NCBI GenBank assembly: GCA_964016885.1 | Contig: OZ024740.1 | Span: forward strand, 244,342,001-244,406,000 | Reading direction: 5' to 3' | DNA: 64,000 nucleotides | Source: Eledone cirrhosa | Taxonomy: Eukaryota | Part shown: positions 37,904-52,110 of the stretch, piece after piece | Layout of the letters: the number at the start of each line of letters is the position of its first letter | Numbering within the stretch: the first letter of the stretch is position 1 | Program-made: the position numbers and the translations under genes | The notes under the pieces: generated by a model | Told to the model about the DNA's origin: nothing | Databases searched by the model: none | The model's input: the letters and a program-made list of their open reading frames with translations, nothing else

Positions 37904-39432
37904 ATGATAATCAATAATAATAATAATAATAATAATATACCACTAGTAGTGGTTAGTTGTAGCAGTATAACCACTTCTTCTATTACCACTATCACCACCA
38001 CAACTCGTAGTGGTAAAAGTGATAGTTGTAGTAGTGTAACCACTTCTATCATCCCTGGCACCAGCATAACAATAACATCAGCACAAATGTTATCAACATT
38101 AGCTCAATGACTAATATTATTTTAATTATTTTGGCACTTATACAAGTTTAAAGGCAGTCGTTAGATGGTTGGATAGAATGCATTTAAATCCAACCCAGGT
38201 CTATTTGTTATTCATTTTTTCAAGGAAGAGCGGGGGACATAAAAATATTCCAGCCTAAAACTAGAGCTGCCCATTCTTTCTCTTTTTGACTGTAACTGTC
38301 ACAGTCTAGATGTTGAGTTAGATAAAGAGTGAGAAAATTTGAGAGAATGTCCATATTGATTAAATGGACACCTGAAATCATGACACCTGGATGCTCTTCT
38401 GCTGACATTTGGATATCGGAGACTTGATGCGTATGTAAACCATTTGGAGATTTTGTTGACAGCATCTAGCTGGAACTCTTCTCTGTTGCCTCTGCTTTAA
38501 AACTTATATCTAGAAGCTTTCTTAGATTTTGGAAAAATAACGTTGGTAGTCATGGTAATGGTGAGATGTCAAAAGTGTTACTGCCACTGCCAATTAAAAC
38601 CACACCTTACTCAAACTTACTTCGCTTAGCATGCATTAAAATACAAACACAATGCCCTCAAATGGAATGGGGGTCGTTTTTGTTCAGGGGCTAAATATGA
38701 AGTAGATATGACACATATATATACACACAGAAGAAATATAAAGAGTGTATGACAAAATGTGCTGCAGCCGATAGAGAGCAGATTTTGATATTAAAACAGG
38801 AGTGTGTTTTTGCTTTATGTGAATGAACACATATCGCTCACTTGTGTTAGTCATACCTCCTTTCATGCAGGAGAGTGGAGGGTACGTTCAATACTGAAGC
38901 TAGCATGTTTGTTGCTTTAGCATCAGCTGCTATGTTGAATGTGTGTCGCTCATTTTCTTTGCTTTCTTTATCTCTGTTTCTCTCCTCGTTCATGTATTGT
39001 TAACTTACTTGCTTAGTTCCATCTTTGGCTTTCAGTGCTCTATGTAATTTCACGTGTGCTGACTTTCTCACAAATTCTCACTTCTTCATTCTCTTTATTT
39101 TCTATCACATTCCATTGCAGAGAAGACAATAACTCATGATGACCACCATGACCACAGATTGACAAACACAAACAAACATATAAACAAATGAAAACAGGCC
39201 CAAGTGTGAGGAAAACTAATTCCAGTGTCTAAGGAACTCAGATGCCTAGTTTGAACCTGATTGGTCCACTGGTTTTTAAGTGCATAAAAGACAAACAGAA
39301 AAACAAATGAACTATTATATATATATACTAGCGCCCGAAATGTTAAGACCCTCTTCCTGCTATATCAAGTGTTAACCTAATATATCCCTTCCATATACTG
39401 TACCGATTGTGTTGTTATTTCTGTTTACCTTT

Positions 39433-39487
<55 letters not shown>

Positions 39488-39491
<4 letters not shown>

Positions 39492-39785
39492 AGGCACATG
39501 GCTTAGTGGTTAGAGCATTGACCTTGCAATCGAAAGGTTGTGAGGTCACTTTATTTCACATTGCTCCAGTTCACTCAGCTGTAGAAATGAGATGATAGGG
39601 ACTGGGGTCCATATCATTCCACTGCAAAATGGTTGTGGAGGTGGCATGGAAAAAAAGCACCCAGCACTCACTGTAAATGAGGTTGGTGTTAGGAAGGGCA
39701 TCCAGCTGTAGAAATCAAGCCAGAATCAGTTCCCGTCCCACCCTTGCAAGCAGGGAAAAGTGGACATAAAATGAAATGAAATGAA
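39488..39785 (+). mobile_element. tRNA-derived SINE with RTE tail
   Basis: Near reverse complement of 17248-17600 with an internal deletion. Confidence 0.8.
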
Positions 39786-40059
39786 TTATATAGCACTAAG
39801 CTCCAGTAAACACGACAGCTAGGAGAGCCTTTCAGGAACTCATATGTCTGCTGGGCGCAGGAGCAGAAGGATGTGTGATTTTTTCCTGCTGGCAGCATAT
39901 CACTAAATCGGATTTCATGAGGATACCGTTCTCATAACAACAACAAATGCATGATTCACATCTTGATTGCATGGGAGAACCGTTGAAATAATTACAATGA
40001 TTAAACGATTTATGTAACATCAGCATCTTATATATATATATATATATATAATATTTATG

Positions 40060-40294
40060 TTCATCATCATCAGGTTTAGCGTCCGTGTTCCACGCTTGCA
40101 TGGGTTTGGACGGGGGTTTTCCCACTTGAGGCAAGAGTGGTTGTCTTGCTCGCATAGGACTGTCTGGCGGGTTTTCTACAGTTGGATGCCCTTCCTAACA
40201 CCAACCACATTTACAGTGTGGGGCTGGGAGGTTTTTACCGTGTTGCCTACACGGCCACATTACAGCGTGGACTGTCTGGCGGGTTTTCTACAGC
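40060..40294 (-). mobile_element. RTE 3'UTR fragment
   Basis: Highly similar to 11860-12090. Confidence 0.85.
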
Positions 40295-40299
40295 TTATG

Positions 40300-40341
<42 letters not shown>

Positions 40342-40922
40342 TAAAATAACAGATTAAAGTTTAAGCAAAGAATCGCTGTTTTCACCCTTAACGGGATCTA
40401 TATATACTGATTAATGGTGAAATATATTTAATGAAATATACACAAAGGAGATTAATCATTTTAAAAGGTATCTATATTTGAAGTTCTAGTTAAACTTTAA
40501 TTAGTTACCTACCTAGCTGTGTGTGCTTACACTCTTTACAAATTATTCCCTGTGATTGTTTCATATGTTTATTTTATATATATATATGTCAATCAATATC
40601 TAGTTGATATATAAAATGCTCGGATCTATTCATTGGAATCTTTGAGCTTATTCTGCAGTGGATATGGCGCATGTCTCTCAGACATGACACCCTTAATCTA
40701 ATTTTGGATATATATATATATATATATAATTCTTATCTTTGGATTTAGCCTTCACATTTATTATTACTATTATTATAGTTTATATATATAGTGATAGTAA
40801 CAAAATACAAACTCATGAATTGTACCAGTATACAAATCTTCTAACTAAATGGATTATGTTGAGAGTTAACTATCTTGGAAATATATATAGTATAGAAGTG
40901 ATGGCATCAAAATATCAACTCC

Positions 40923-41149
40923 TTAACCTTTTAGCATTCACACTACTCTATATATACTATTGTATTTTCATGATAAAGGCTTTACCTCACATAATATCTC
41001 ACATAATATCAAATCTATGAGATTTTGAAAGTATTTATTTTGAGAACAATACCTTAACATCAGTTTGATCGACCAGTTACAGCCAGTTTCAACAGAAAGA
41101 GGTAGAGAATTCTGGCCGGTTTTGGCCGGTTTGAACATTAAAGGGTTAA
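40923..41149. mobile_element. piggyBac-type TTAA MITE
   Basis: ttaacctttta...taaagggttaa; homologous to 2447-2662. Confidence 0.65.
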
Positions 41150-42949
41150 ATTAACTTGCAGAAAAATTCTAGATATTATGTCTATAGAGAAACTCGGGAA
41201 TACTGATCAGATTTCTTAGTTTAATGGGGCTAATGAAACATCTAAATAAATCTTTCTGAAGAAAAATCCATAAACCATTGCAGATTAAGTGAATTGATAA
41301 AGAAATCTTGGAGTGGTAGGGGATAGGATTAATTTTTATAGCTCAATCTGATGGTAGGAAAGGTGGAAATTACCCTCATACATATATTTCTCTCAAAGAG
41401 AGCAAACTAAAGTAATAATCCCCCAATCCACTCCAAACCACATCTTCACAGATTTCTCTAGATATGTAGCATAATATCTTGTAAATAGATATACATAGAG
41501 AAATAGTGATACAAAATATCTTTTTCTAGAGTGTCAACAATGTAAATTAAATTAAATAGTAATATTCAGAGAAATCAAAACTAAACATTAGACTTAATTC
41601 ACATGGACTTTAACAGTTAACAACATGTAATTATTTAAAAGAAAATATCTAAAAACTGGTTTGTTAATTAAAATGTTTACAGTATCTTTACTAGTGAACA
41701 AATCATTGTGAAAATTTGCAGAAAACCAAAGTAAAGACTTTAATACTTAATGTGATGCAATCATAGTGTTTTATACTTTTCAAGAATGTCTTATTAATGC
41801 AGTTTCATGCAGTATCAATTCTTGCAGTAAATTTCTAGAAAAACAACTTTATGCCATTTTTTACATGGAAAATATATCAAAGTAGTAAAATATATTTTTT
41901 GTTTTTCTAATAACATCATCAGAAGAAGGGCAGTGTTCATGATCTTTTTTGATGTCTCTAAGATTGGTTGGAGGAAGGGAAAGAATTACCTTTTGACCAG
42001 ATGGACTCTATTAAAAACACCCAAGGGTCAAGTTATGCTATTAAACTGGATAATGGATTCAAGACAGGATTTCACAGTTTCAGATTGCCAAATTTCCACT
42101 CACAAAACTGTGAGAAACCTGAGACTTATGAAAAAAGTACTTACCTAAAGTTCTGTACAGTATGACTGATTGCAAAACTACATAGTTGCAAAGCAAACCA
42201 TTTAACTGCACAGCCATGTTTGTGTCAGACACTGAACTAAGGCTACAGTAGAAGACACTTACTGAAAGTGCTGTGTGGTAAAATTGAACCCTAAACCACA
42301 TAGTTGTGAAACAAACTATCTAACCAGATAGCAATGCACAATATTTCTAAATAATGACAATATTTCTAAATAATTTTTGTCTTTGTAAAAGATAAAGAAA
42401 AACCTATATTACTTATGCTAGCAACAAATCATTATTATATTAATAGAACATTTAGTGGGTCATGGCAAAAAGAAGGTGACCAGTAGGTTAATTTGCTTTA
42501 GTATTTTTGTTGTTATATTATAAGTATTCAAACAAAGAAAAGCGTTACAAAATAGATTTTAACAAGGAAACAGTCCGTGACATATTCTATAAAAAATTCC
42601 ATCTATTGTAAGGAATCAATGGCAACAAAATTGTTCTATTACTTTCATTAGATCTAGATAACAGTTGACAAAAATCGATGATGGATCCTCCATTAGTTTC
42701 CGTGCCGAACATTTAGTTATTTGATCAAGTAAACATCCAACTCCTGAATTAACATGTAAAGTTCCTAGGTATTCCATAGACACATATGCCTTTAATGTAA
42801 TTCCCAAGCAAAATCAGCATGACACAATATTCAACAAAGCTCAACCTTTAAATTACAAGTACAGTCCATCCAACAAGCTTCCATGCAGCTTAAGCCTATC
42901 AAATTTCATTTACAAGGTTTGGGTTAACCCAAAGCTATGGTAAAGATAC

Positions 42950-43369
42950 TGTAGCGGCCCCTTACGGCTGTAACTCAGCACGTATAGGAGTTACGTCCCT
43001 TTGTGACGGTCACGACTCCCAGTGGCAGATCCATGTACTAAATGGAGTTGCGTCCCCCTGGGGACTATATATTTGAAAACGTGAGGCAGTTCTCTCTCAC
43101 TTCCTTCGCCCGCAACAAGAACACCTCAGACCTTGTCAAGAGATGACTCCTGTCTCACTTCCTGTGATGGCAACCTTACCAAGAGAAGAATTCTGTTCTT
43201 CTCCACACACTCCAGTCTGGGAGTTGTTACCAACTGAACATCAACATGTGGTAACAATTATTTATATTAATTTATTTGACTTCTGTGAAGTAAAACCATG
43301 TCACAACACTCACCAGCAATTATTGTCATTCTTAAATATATATACACTGATATTAATATCCTAGACTAC
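42950..43369 (+). mobile_element. Probable solo LTR inserted in a SINE
   Basis: Starts TGTAG, ends CTAC; CpG-rich 5' part; TATA-like ctatatat ~43066; interrupts SINE motif aagatac|tttcccaag. Confidence 0.5.
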
Positions 43370-45327
43370 TTTCCCAAGAAGTGTAAAACTTTAGGGAGAT
43401 TTGGGGGCTATTTCTTGTGAGTTGGACGACCAAGTAGAAACTTTTTTATTGGCTTGTCTTGTCATAATATTCTCTTAGTAGTAAGGGTAAATCAGGATTT
43501 CATGATATTCTCAAGTGAATGAATGAGGGTGAAAAATATCTGCAGCAAAGAATCATAACAAAATCGCAGACAAGTTATCATCATTATCTGCTATTTTTTT
43601 AAAAACTAGTATCATCATAATGACAAATGTGAGATAAGCACACACACATACACACAAATATAAACACATAAACACACACACAAATACACATACAATTTGG
43701 AATAAAATGGGAACCTACTGCACCATGTTTTCTTTACCATTTACACACTAAAAATGGCAGTGCAATAATGATATTGCACTTCAATGGGAGAAACTACATT
43801 CTGAAAAGAGTATGTTATGAAGAAGAATATGTATGCATTTGTATGTATATACTTCATGCAGAGTGATCCCCTCAAACATTTTGTTGATACACATAATCAT
43901 CACATAATTCCTTCTCACTTTCCTAAATATACATTTGACTTTTCTCGGCTATCCAACTTGCTAAGTGAAGAGATCTTCATGAGGAGATTTAACCATTTCA
44001 TTGCCATATTTCTAAAAATATACATTTTCAATTAATTAATTAAAGAATTTTGTGGGATTTGCTAAAATTACTAATTATTTCCTTACTAAGATGAGTAACT
44101 TAACATATAGATCTTATGTAAAATTATGTTGCAAGATTTTAATTTAAAATGAGCGGGTATTTTTCATAGAACCAGAGCCAATATTGGATGAGTTGGTATC
44201 AAAACATGTTTATTGCTTTTGGTAAGTTGGCATAAAGACAAGATCTACTCCAACTGCTTGGTCTAAAAATATTCTAAAAGATTTGGACTCGCTCAGGTTA
44301 TAGGAATTCATTCCCTTGTTTGTTTCTCAGTATCTGACCCCCCCCCCCCTTAATGGTAGTTTTAGTAAAGATAATCTCAGCTGACTAAAAGTTTTTACCA
44401 TTCATCATACTTAGAATGCAAGGCAAGGCGGCAGAGAGAGAGAGAGAGTATGTGTGTGTGTATGTCCATGATAAGTATCTGCACAGTTTTTATTTCACTC
44501 ACAAGATATTAATCAGCCTAAGGCTACCATTGATGACACTTGTTGACGGTGTCACACAGCAGGACCAAACTAGAAACCAGGTGGCTGTGAAGCAAATTTC
44601 TTCACCACTCAGTCATGCTTGCTCTTAATTTACAACTGCAATATTTTCCCACCACCACCACCACTACTATATTAATATTTACTCAATGAGAGTTAATAGT
44701 GTGTGCGTATGTGCATGTTTGTGTGTGTGTGTGCATGCATGTGTACAGGTGTGTAAGCATGCATGCATATGTGTATGGTAGGGTAGTAGAGTGTGGTGGA
44801 TGATGCAGTTAATATAATCAACACCATTAATCAGATCTGGAGAAGATGAAATATGCCAACATCAACAACTAATTACTACTATCAAACATAGAATATACCT
44901 CAACTTTCTGTGTAAAAAATCAAACCTTGTTTAAGCTGCTGCTATGATAATTTATGATTTTTACGGTTATGTTTTTCATTAGAGAAAATTTGTTCATTTT
45001 GTATATTCTTTTTGATCAAATGGGTTTTGCAGTTGGATGACTTTCCATATAACTAATTGATCAGATGAACAAAAAAAGAGAGCACTACATGGCCAGTGAA
45101 CTTGCTAGAAATAGCAGCCAAATCTAAATTTACCTCAAACCTTAAAAAAAAAACTTTTAAGGGCTATATTCAATTATATTAATATGAATACTTTGTCTGG
45201 TGCTTATTTTACTGATCTCCTAGGGAACAAAAAATGTTAAATCAACTTTTAGATTTAAGTTACATAACAAATATATAAGAAAGTAGCTTTGTTTGATGCA
45301 CTGATTTTTGTTCAGTAATCTCTCACC

Positions 45328-45363
<36 letters not shown>

Positions 45364-45574
45364 AACATGCACACACATGCATGTAAATATGCTATTTGCA
45401 AGCAAGTCACAACTGTCAGTTAAAGCTCTACATACTGGACACAAGCAGGATTATGGGTGATTAGGAGAGGCTGCACACCATTTCAAAGCCATCCTTTCGG
45501 TAGTTTTATATAACACCAGCCTTCATCATTGATATGATCCCTCACTTGCTAGATCAAATAGCTACTGGTCTTAA

Positions 45575-45845
45575 CTTCTCTAAAGTCTGTCTCAAGCCTG
45601 GAGGTTCATCAGGCCAGTGCTTATCCCGGTTTCTATGGTGTTAAGTGACTGAGAGTACAATACAGGACACCAGTCCATCACAGGGTTAAACTCCCAGCTA
45701 CTGCTGGTACTCATTTTCAGTTGAGTATGCTGGAGCAACATGAAATTAAGTGTTTTGCTCAAGAACACAACACACAATCCAGTCCAAGAATTGAACCCAC
45801 AACATTATGGTCCAACACCCTTACCACTAGGCCACGTGTTTCCAT
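45575..45845 (-). mobile_element. tRNA-derived SINE
   Basis: Homologous to 3045-3270. Confidence 0.75.
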
Positions 45846-46790
45846 GGTCTCAACTTATTGTTCCTCTATCCACATTTGACATCTTTTTTAGTCAATCCAA
45901 GCTTGCATTTTCCACTGTGGCTAAGACATTCTTCAAGATGGTATTTGTTTTATGATGAGACTGACCTAGAGACAATAACCAGTGCCTTACTTGGGTGTGG
46001 AGTGGATTTCTAAATCATGTGTACACCAACACTTATTTGAAAATAAGAGTCAGTATGTTAGCACAAATCCTTGACCTTCACTTCCAGATATAATAAATAT
46101 AATTTATAACATCAAACTTAACAAGTGAATAATGCATAATACAACAAGTGCACAAAGGCAATGCAACAGATGCAATAAATATTTTGTGAAAGAGAAGGTA
46201 ACATTTATATACATGACAACAAGCAGCATGTGTTGCATTTATTATGACACTGTACACAACATCAGTGCAACAACCCAAAGTCTTACATGCGAAACACAAA
46301 GGCCATTAACTGTACAGAAAACTAAACTAAACTGAATTGTTGCTTTCCGACTACATGATTTCCTATTCTTCAACATGATGTAATAAATTTACTAAGTTGT
46401 TACATATTTCATGAAATATTTGTCAAGTCATTAAATAGATATATTAAATGCATTAGAGAAAATGTGTGTGTATGTACATGTGTCTGTTTGTGTATGTATA
46501 TACCTATGCCAGCATGGAAAGCAGACATATTATGATGGTGATTGTATGTATGTGCATGCATACATGTGTAATACACATTGACATTAAAGGAAACATCATA
46601 TACTATACAGAGAACATATACCCACATTCACACAATGGTACATTGTTATGAATGCAAGGCCGGCTATATATTAAGAAAAACAAGACATTTATGAAATAGA
46701 AGCAATATATATGTGACTCTTATATATTAGTATATATATATATATTAGTACATATATATGCATGTGTGTGTGTGTGTGCATATATATGTC

Positions 46791-46836
<46 letters not shown>

Positions 46837-47709
46837 AACTGTACAATGTTAGCAAAGCTATACTCAGAGACCTTTGCAATAAGATTTAAACATCATTGGA
46901 GGTCATTGAAAAGCTTCTGGCAGCAACACTAATGTAAAAGTTTCAATCTTTTCCTTGCCCAACCCAGTTCTTTCTACATTAGGTGCTGTCATTCTTTTAA
47001 TGTCAGCACTGCTTGCATCAATATGACCAGGCCAGCACCAACATTTCTCACTTAACTTCATCACCCCATCAAATGAATCTCTGCCCCTCCTCTCTCTCTC
47101 TCTCTCTCACACACATACACACACAATCTTAAGTTACCTGACAGGTGATGCTGTGTCTATATGTCAATAACATCTTGCTAACTTGCCTTATACTAGTTAC
47201 TGAGAGAGTTTAACTCTTTTGATACAAAACGACCTGTAATCGTCCCTGGATCTAAGGTATAGAATTGTTTGTTTTAAGTTGTTTATATTTATCTAAAACC
47301 CCTCAATCATAATTTTATGTAAAAACCTTAGTAAAATTATGCTCCAAACACCAGTTTAAACCCATCCAGATTTTTTATTATTTTCGAAATACATGCTAAC
47401 AAAAAGTTTAACACTTGCTATTTTTTAATTGCATTCAAAAATGTGATCAAAATTAACTACAGATCTATTGAAATATTTTACTTTAATACTATTCTTCTTT
47501 GGTGGTGAAATGGCAAAATCAATAGAATAACAGATAGAATCTCATGTGGTATTCATTCTGGCTCTGAGTTCAAATTCTGACAAAATCAACTTTGCTTTCA
47601 CCCTTTTAGAGCCTATAGATAAAGCACCATTGGCAATCTCATTTCTTCTTGTCTTTTTCTTTCCCCCTCCTGTTCCTCCTCCTCCCTCTCCTCCTCCATC
47701 TCCTTTGCC

Positions 47710-48062
47710 CATTTATTCCTGGGAGGGTTGTGGGGGAAGAGTCCTCAAACACTCCTTCCAGCGGCTCCTGTCATAAGTAACCGTATCCAACTGATCCGGC
47801 TGGATCGCCAAGTGAGACCAGCCAAGCTTATGGATGTTATGCAACCATCTTGCTTGGGGTCTACCCCTGGGTCTCCTGCCGGTTAGTTTTGCCCGTAAAA
47901 TCTGTTCAGTGATTCTTTCCTGAGACATTCTAATCACACGTCCATGGTATCAGAGCTGTGATCTGTCAATTCAGAGAAGTAACAGTTCTACCTGGGGTGA
48001 CTCTCTATCCAGTAATGTTACTCCAAAGATCCTTCAGAGGAATCCCATTTCAGTCACTTGTT
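47710..48062 (-). mobile_element. RTE LINE 3' fragment (family B)
   Basis: RMSQERI...GRRPRGRP.ARW. Confidence 0.8.
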
Positions 48063-50779
48063 AAGACCTGGGGAGGATGGTGTCTAATAGGTTTTAAAGG
48101 GTATTCATGTTGACATCCCTATGATTTTATAAGGAGTTGATGGCACAGGGAAGTAAGGTATTCAAAGGAGGATAAAGCTGTAGTGGAAATCAGTATAATA
48201 CCAACACTATCACCACTAACAACTAATGAGGGAGACTCTATGTGGATTCTCAACCTACTAAAAGTAACAGCCAAATTTCCTTTCAAAGCACACATCACTG
48301 TCTTAAAAAATGGAAGGATCCACTGTACAATGTAGTCATAGATAAACAAAAAGACAGAATTTTAACTCAAAGGGCTGAAATATAAATTGATTCCTGTTCC
48401 ATTCTGAGAGATCCTCCATCAACTTCATTGAAGTCTTTAATGCAAGCTTGTTTCATTGACTAGCTTGGCAAACTCATACTTTAACCATGGATCCCGATAA
48501 TATCTTCTGGTTGGTTGGGTAAACAATGATTTCTTTGTGTTTATTGTATTATCTGCTTGACATGACATATATGTCCGATATACTTGAGTCATTGTGCACA
48601 GATGAAGTTTCGTCTTGGCAATATTTTGTATTTCTATGTTAGTGTATACAAAATTGTATACTCAAGTTATTTTGTTCTATGCTTAAAGGATACTGAATAA
48701 GAAGCTATTGGCCAAGCCAATCTATACCAACGTGTAACAGGCTAGGATGGTACAGTGAAGACCAAAATCCTCTAATGGCTGAGACCAAAAACATTAACAG
48801 CCATTTCTACTGGATAAGAAGATTAATTGAAGGTTCAATTGCAGCCCCTAGAATCAACTGGGTGGGGGAGTAGAATATCCTATAAGAGCTATTGTTCGCC
48901 AACCAAGTATATGTACAAATATCTGCAAGTACCCAAGAAGTACTGGATATAGTACACAAATTGGAGATTAAGCAAAAACATGAGATATGGAGAGATAAGA
49001 GGAAGACCTCTACACATCAGCAGAAGCAAAATGGTTACTTTGATTGATTGATACAGTCTCACTCATTTGAATTTAACACTTATTGACTTGCCATTGCTTT
49101 GGTTAATGAAATACCAATATGTTGAGGAAGAGGAATGGTGGTGAATTGGCAGAATTGGTTGAATGTCAGATAAAATACCATTGTAGTATTTCTTCTGGCT
49201 CTTTACATTCTGATTTCAAATCTCGCCAAGGTAAGCTTTGTCTTTCATCCTTCCAGGATCAATACAATAAGGTACCAGTCACATACTAGGCTTGATTTAA
49301 TCATCTTTACCTAACCATCCTTCAAATTTGCTGGCCTTGTGTATAAATTAGAGATGAAAATGTTGCGGAAGGAAGACATTTAGTGAAGCACAGACTTCAT
49401 ATTTGCTAGTCATTCAGTGAATGTATAAGTAAGCAAATAAGAAAGAAAAATTAACATAGTAAAAAATAAATTACTAAGTTTAATTATTCACTGATACCAA
49501 TTGCATTAAAAAAAATAATAATTCGGTTTGTGAGTAATAAACATTTAATTAAAAATACTTGTGTAGTGAGGAAAAGATAAGATTAGCTCAATTACCAAAA
49601 AAATCTATTGGTTTGGAAGCTGAGTATTCAGGTGTTTGATGGACAGAAATATCCCCTCATTGAAACTGCATGTAAATGGCTGAGTATTCCACAAAAACCT
49701 GTACCCTTAATGTAATTCTCAGGCAAAATTAATGTGAAATAATATGTTAGAAGGTGAACCCTTTGAATTATAGTTGCAATCCATCCAACAAGCTACCACA
49801 GAGTTTCCATCTACCTAATTTCACTCACAAGGTCTGTGTGAATCTGAGCAAGTGTCAAAAAAAAAGCTTGCTCAAGATGTCATAAAGTGTGATCGATCCT
49901 AGGGCCTTATGATTAAATAAACTTTTTAACTATTTGGCTATTTTAAAAATTCTATTGGCAAGTATGGGGAGACAACTTTGGAATATTTATTTTATTAGAG
50001 CTCCTTAGTGAAGCATAAACTTCACTACGATTGTTGAAGTAATACAGTGAATCACTAAGTAGATGTACCATAAAACTGAGCACAAGTAGGTTGGAAAAGG
50101 TAAAATGTTTACACCGGTCCCAAGCCAAAGGCTTACCAGGCTGGTGCCTATCCCAGTCCCTTGCAGAACACCTGTTAATGACAGGGTTAATTCCAAGCTA
50201 CTGCTAGTACTCATATTTTCAGCTGAGTAGACTGGATCAATGTGAAATGAAAGGTCTTGCTCAAAGACACAATGACTGGCCAAGGAATCAAACCTCTGGT
50301 CTTATGATTGTTAGTTGAACAGTCAAACTTCTAGACCACATGCCTTGACACTACACAAGTTGGAAAAGTAGATTATGTTTTAAAATATTGTTTACTCACA
50401 ACAGACTATATCATTTTCTGAGAATACAGCATATTTAATGGTAATAAATTAAAGTCATATATCCTATCATTTCCTTCTAAAATTATCTGTTTTCAGTTGT
50501 TCTCAACAAAACATCAAATTAGGAAATGTGCAGAGGAAAAAAGTAGGAACCAAAACGAAATGTGCGTAAGTCAGTCGGTAATTAATTCTATTTTTAATAA
50601 CAACTGATGTTTACAGCAAGTTTTGAATAATGGATGGTTAGTTTTTCAGAGAATGACATGCATGAATGAAAACCATGTTACTCATAAGACTACAAACTAA
50701 TGAATATGGAGACAGTTTTCTCTGTCAATAAGTTTGTTGAGAGAAAATAAGTTTTAATTTACTAACCACCAATCGCAGG

Positions 50780-52110
50780 TTATGACAGTCTCCACAGGCC
50801 TGCCCAACATGGCATCATCCAAGAGGGTTTTGCAGCCTCCATCTCGGACATGCAATCCATTCTCCACCAGCTACAGGTGACCACAAAAGAGGATGTCCTC
50901 ATCCTTGGGTCACCGATCCTCCTACTGGCCATCTGCTCCACCATAAGGTCCAGGCTCCAGCAGTTCATGACTCTCACAAGCAGACTGGGCCTGATTGACA
51001 TTCATCCAGCCCTCTTCCTGTTGAGACACTGCTTCGCCATGTTGAAGCTCCTCTATACATTTCATAGTGCTCCTTGCTACAGTCACGCATCTCTCCTCAC
51101 TGACCTTAATACTTGTATCTGAGTGGCAGCTGAGGAGATATGCAACGTCAGCTTTGATGACTTTGGATGCAACAGGCCACCTTACCCATTAGAAATGGTG
51201 GCCTGGGTCCCCGGTCTCCAGTCCTGCTGGCTTTGCCAACGTTACTTTCATCGGTAACCTCTTGCCATGTCTTCATCAACAGGGTTCTCTACAACACTAT
51301 GGAACCCACTGTGATGGAGGAACGTGAATCCGTCTGCAAAACTTGGAACTGGTTCTGACTCTGCCCTGTAGACGTCCCTCTTCCTCTTCCCCCTGTACAC
51401 ATCAAATCCCCCCAGAGCATACGTGATGCGATCCAGTGTGGCATGACCTTGGACAGGCTAGTGTGCCAGCTAGACCAACGCTGCCTCACATATTTTCGCT
51501 CGACCTCGCAACCTCAAAGCAGGGCCTGACTCAATGCCTTACCCCCCTTTTCAACTGGCATGCAGCTGGATAACTATAGTCTGTGAATCAGAGTTTTCCT
51601 GAAGCTCAGCTTCTGGAACTAGGAGCCTCATAAATGTTGCTGCAGATTCACTCTCCTGTTGCTACAGTACCGGCTACCTTGCACGCCTTGCTGCTCTCAA
51701 CGAGATCATAAAACATGGCTTGGATGCTGCAGTCTTCCCCACCCAGCTTGAGCCGGTGGGGCTCGACTGAGAGGATGGCAAAAGGCCAGATGGCACAACC
51801 ATCTTCCCGTCCCACGGTGGTAAACCTCTCATCTGGGATTCAACTTTTGACACTTTCTCCAGCAGCAACCTGGTACACTCTGCGACTAACCCAGGCTCTG
51901 CTGCACTTCAGGTCGAGAGTAAACTCTCCAAATATGGGTTGCTCTCTGACAGGTTTGCGGTTGAGCCCATTGCAGTAGAGATTTCTGGTGTCCTTGGCCC
52001 TAGGACCACTTTCCTACTCACCACCATCAGCATGGAGTTGGCTACCCACAGGTGTGAGCCTCGTGAGCTGGAATGGTTCTTCCGTGTCTCCCTCACCAAC
52101 CTCTATTCTA
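50780..52110 (+). mobile_element. CRE-clade non-LTR retrotransposon C-terminal remnant
   Basis: LGSPI, QATLPIRNGGLG, EPVGL..DGKRPDG..IFP..GKPLIWD, KY..L..F.PIAVE.SG.LG. Confidence 0.75.

Noticed and set aside
41900-41930. CTGATGA...GAAA on the minus strand
   Set aside because: No stem III or stem I pairing
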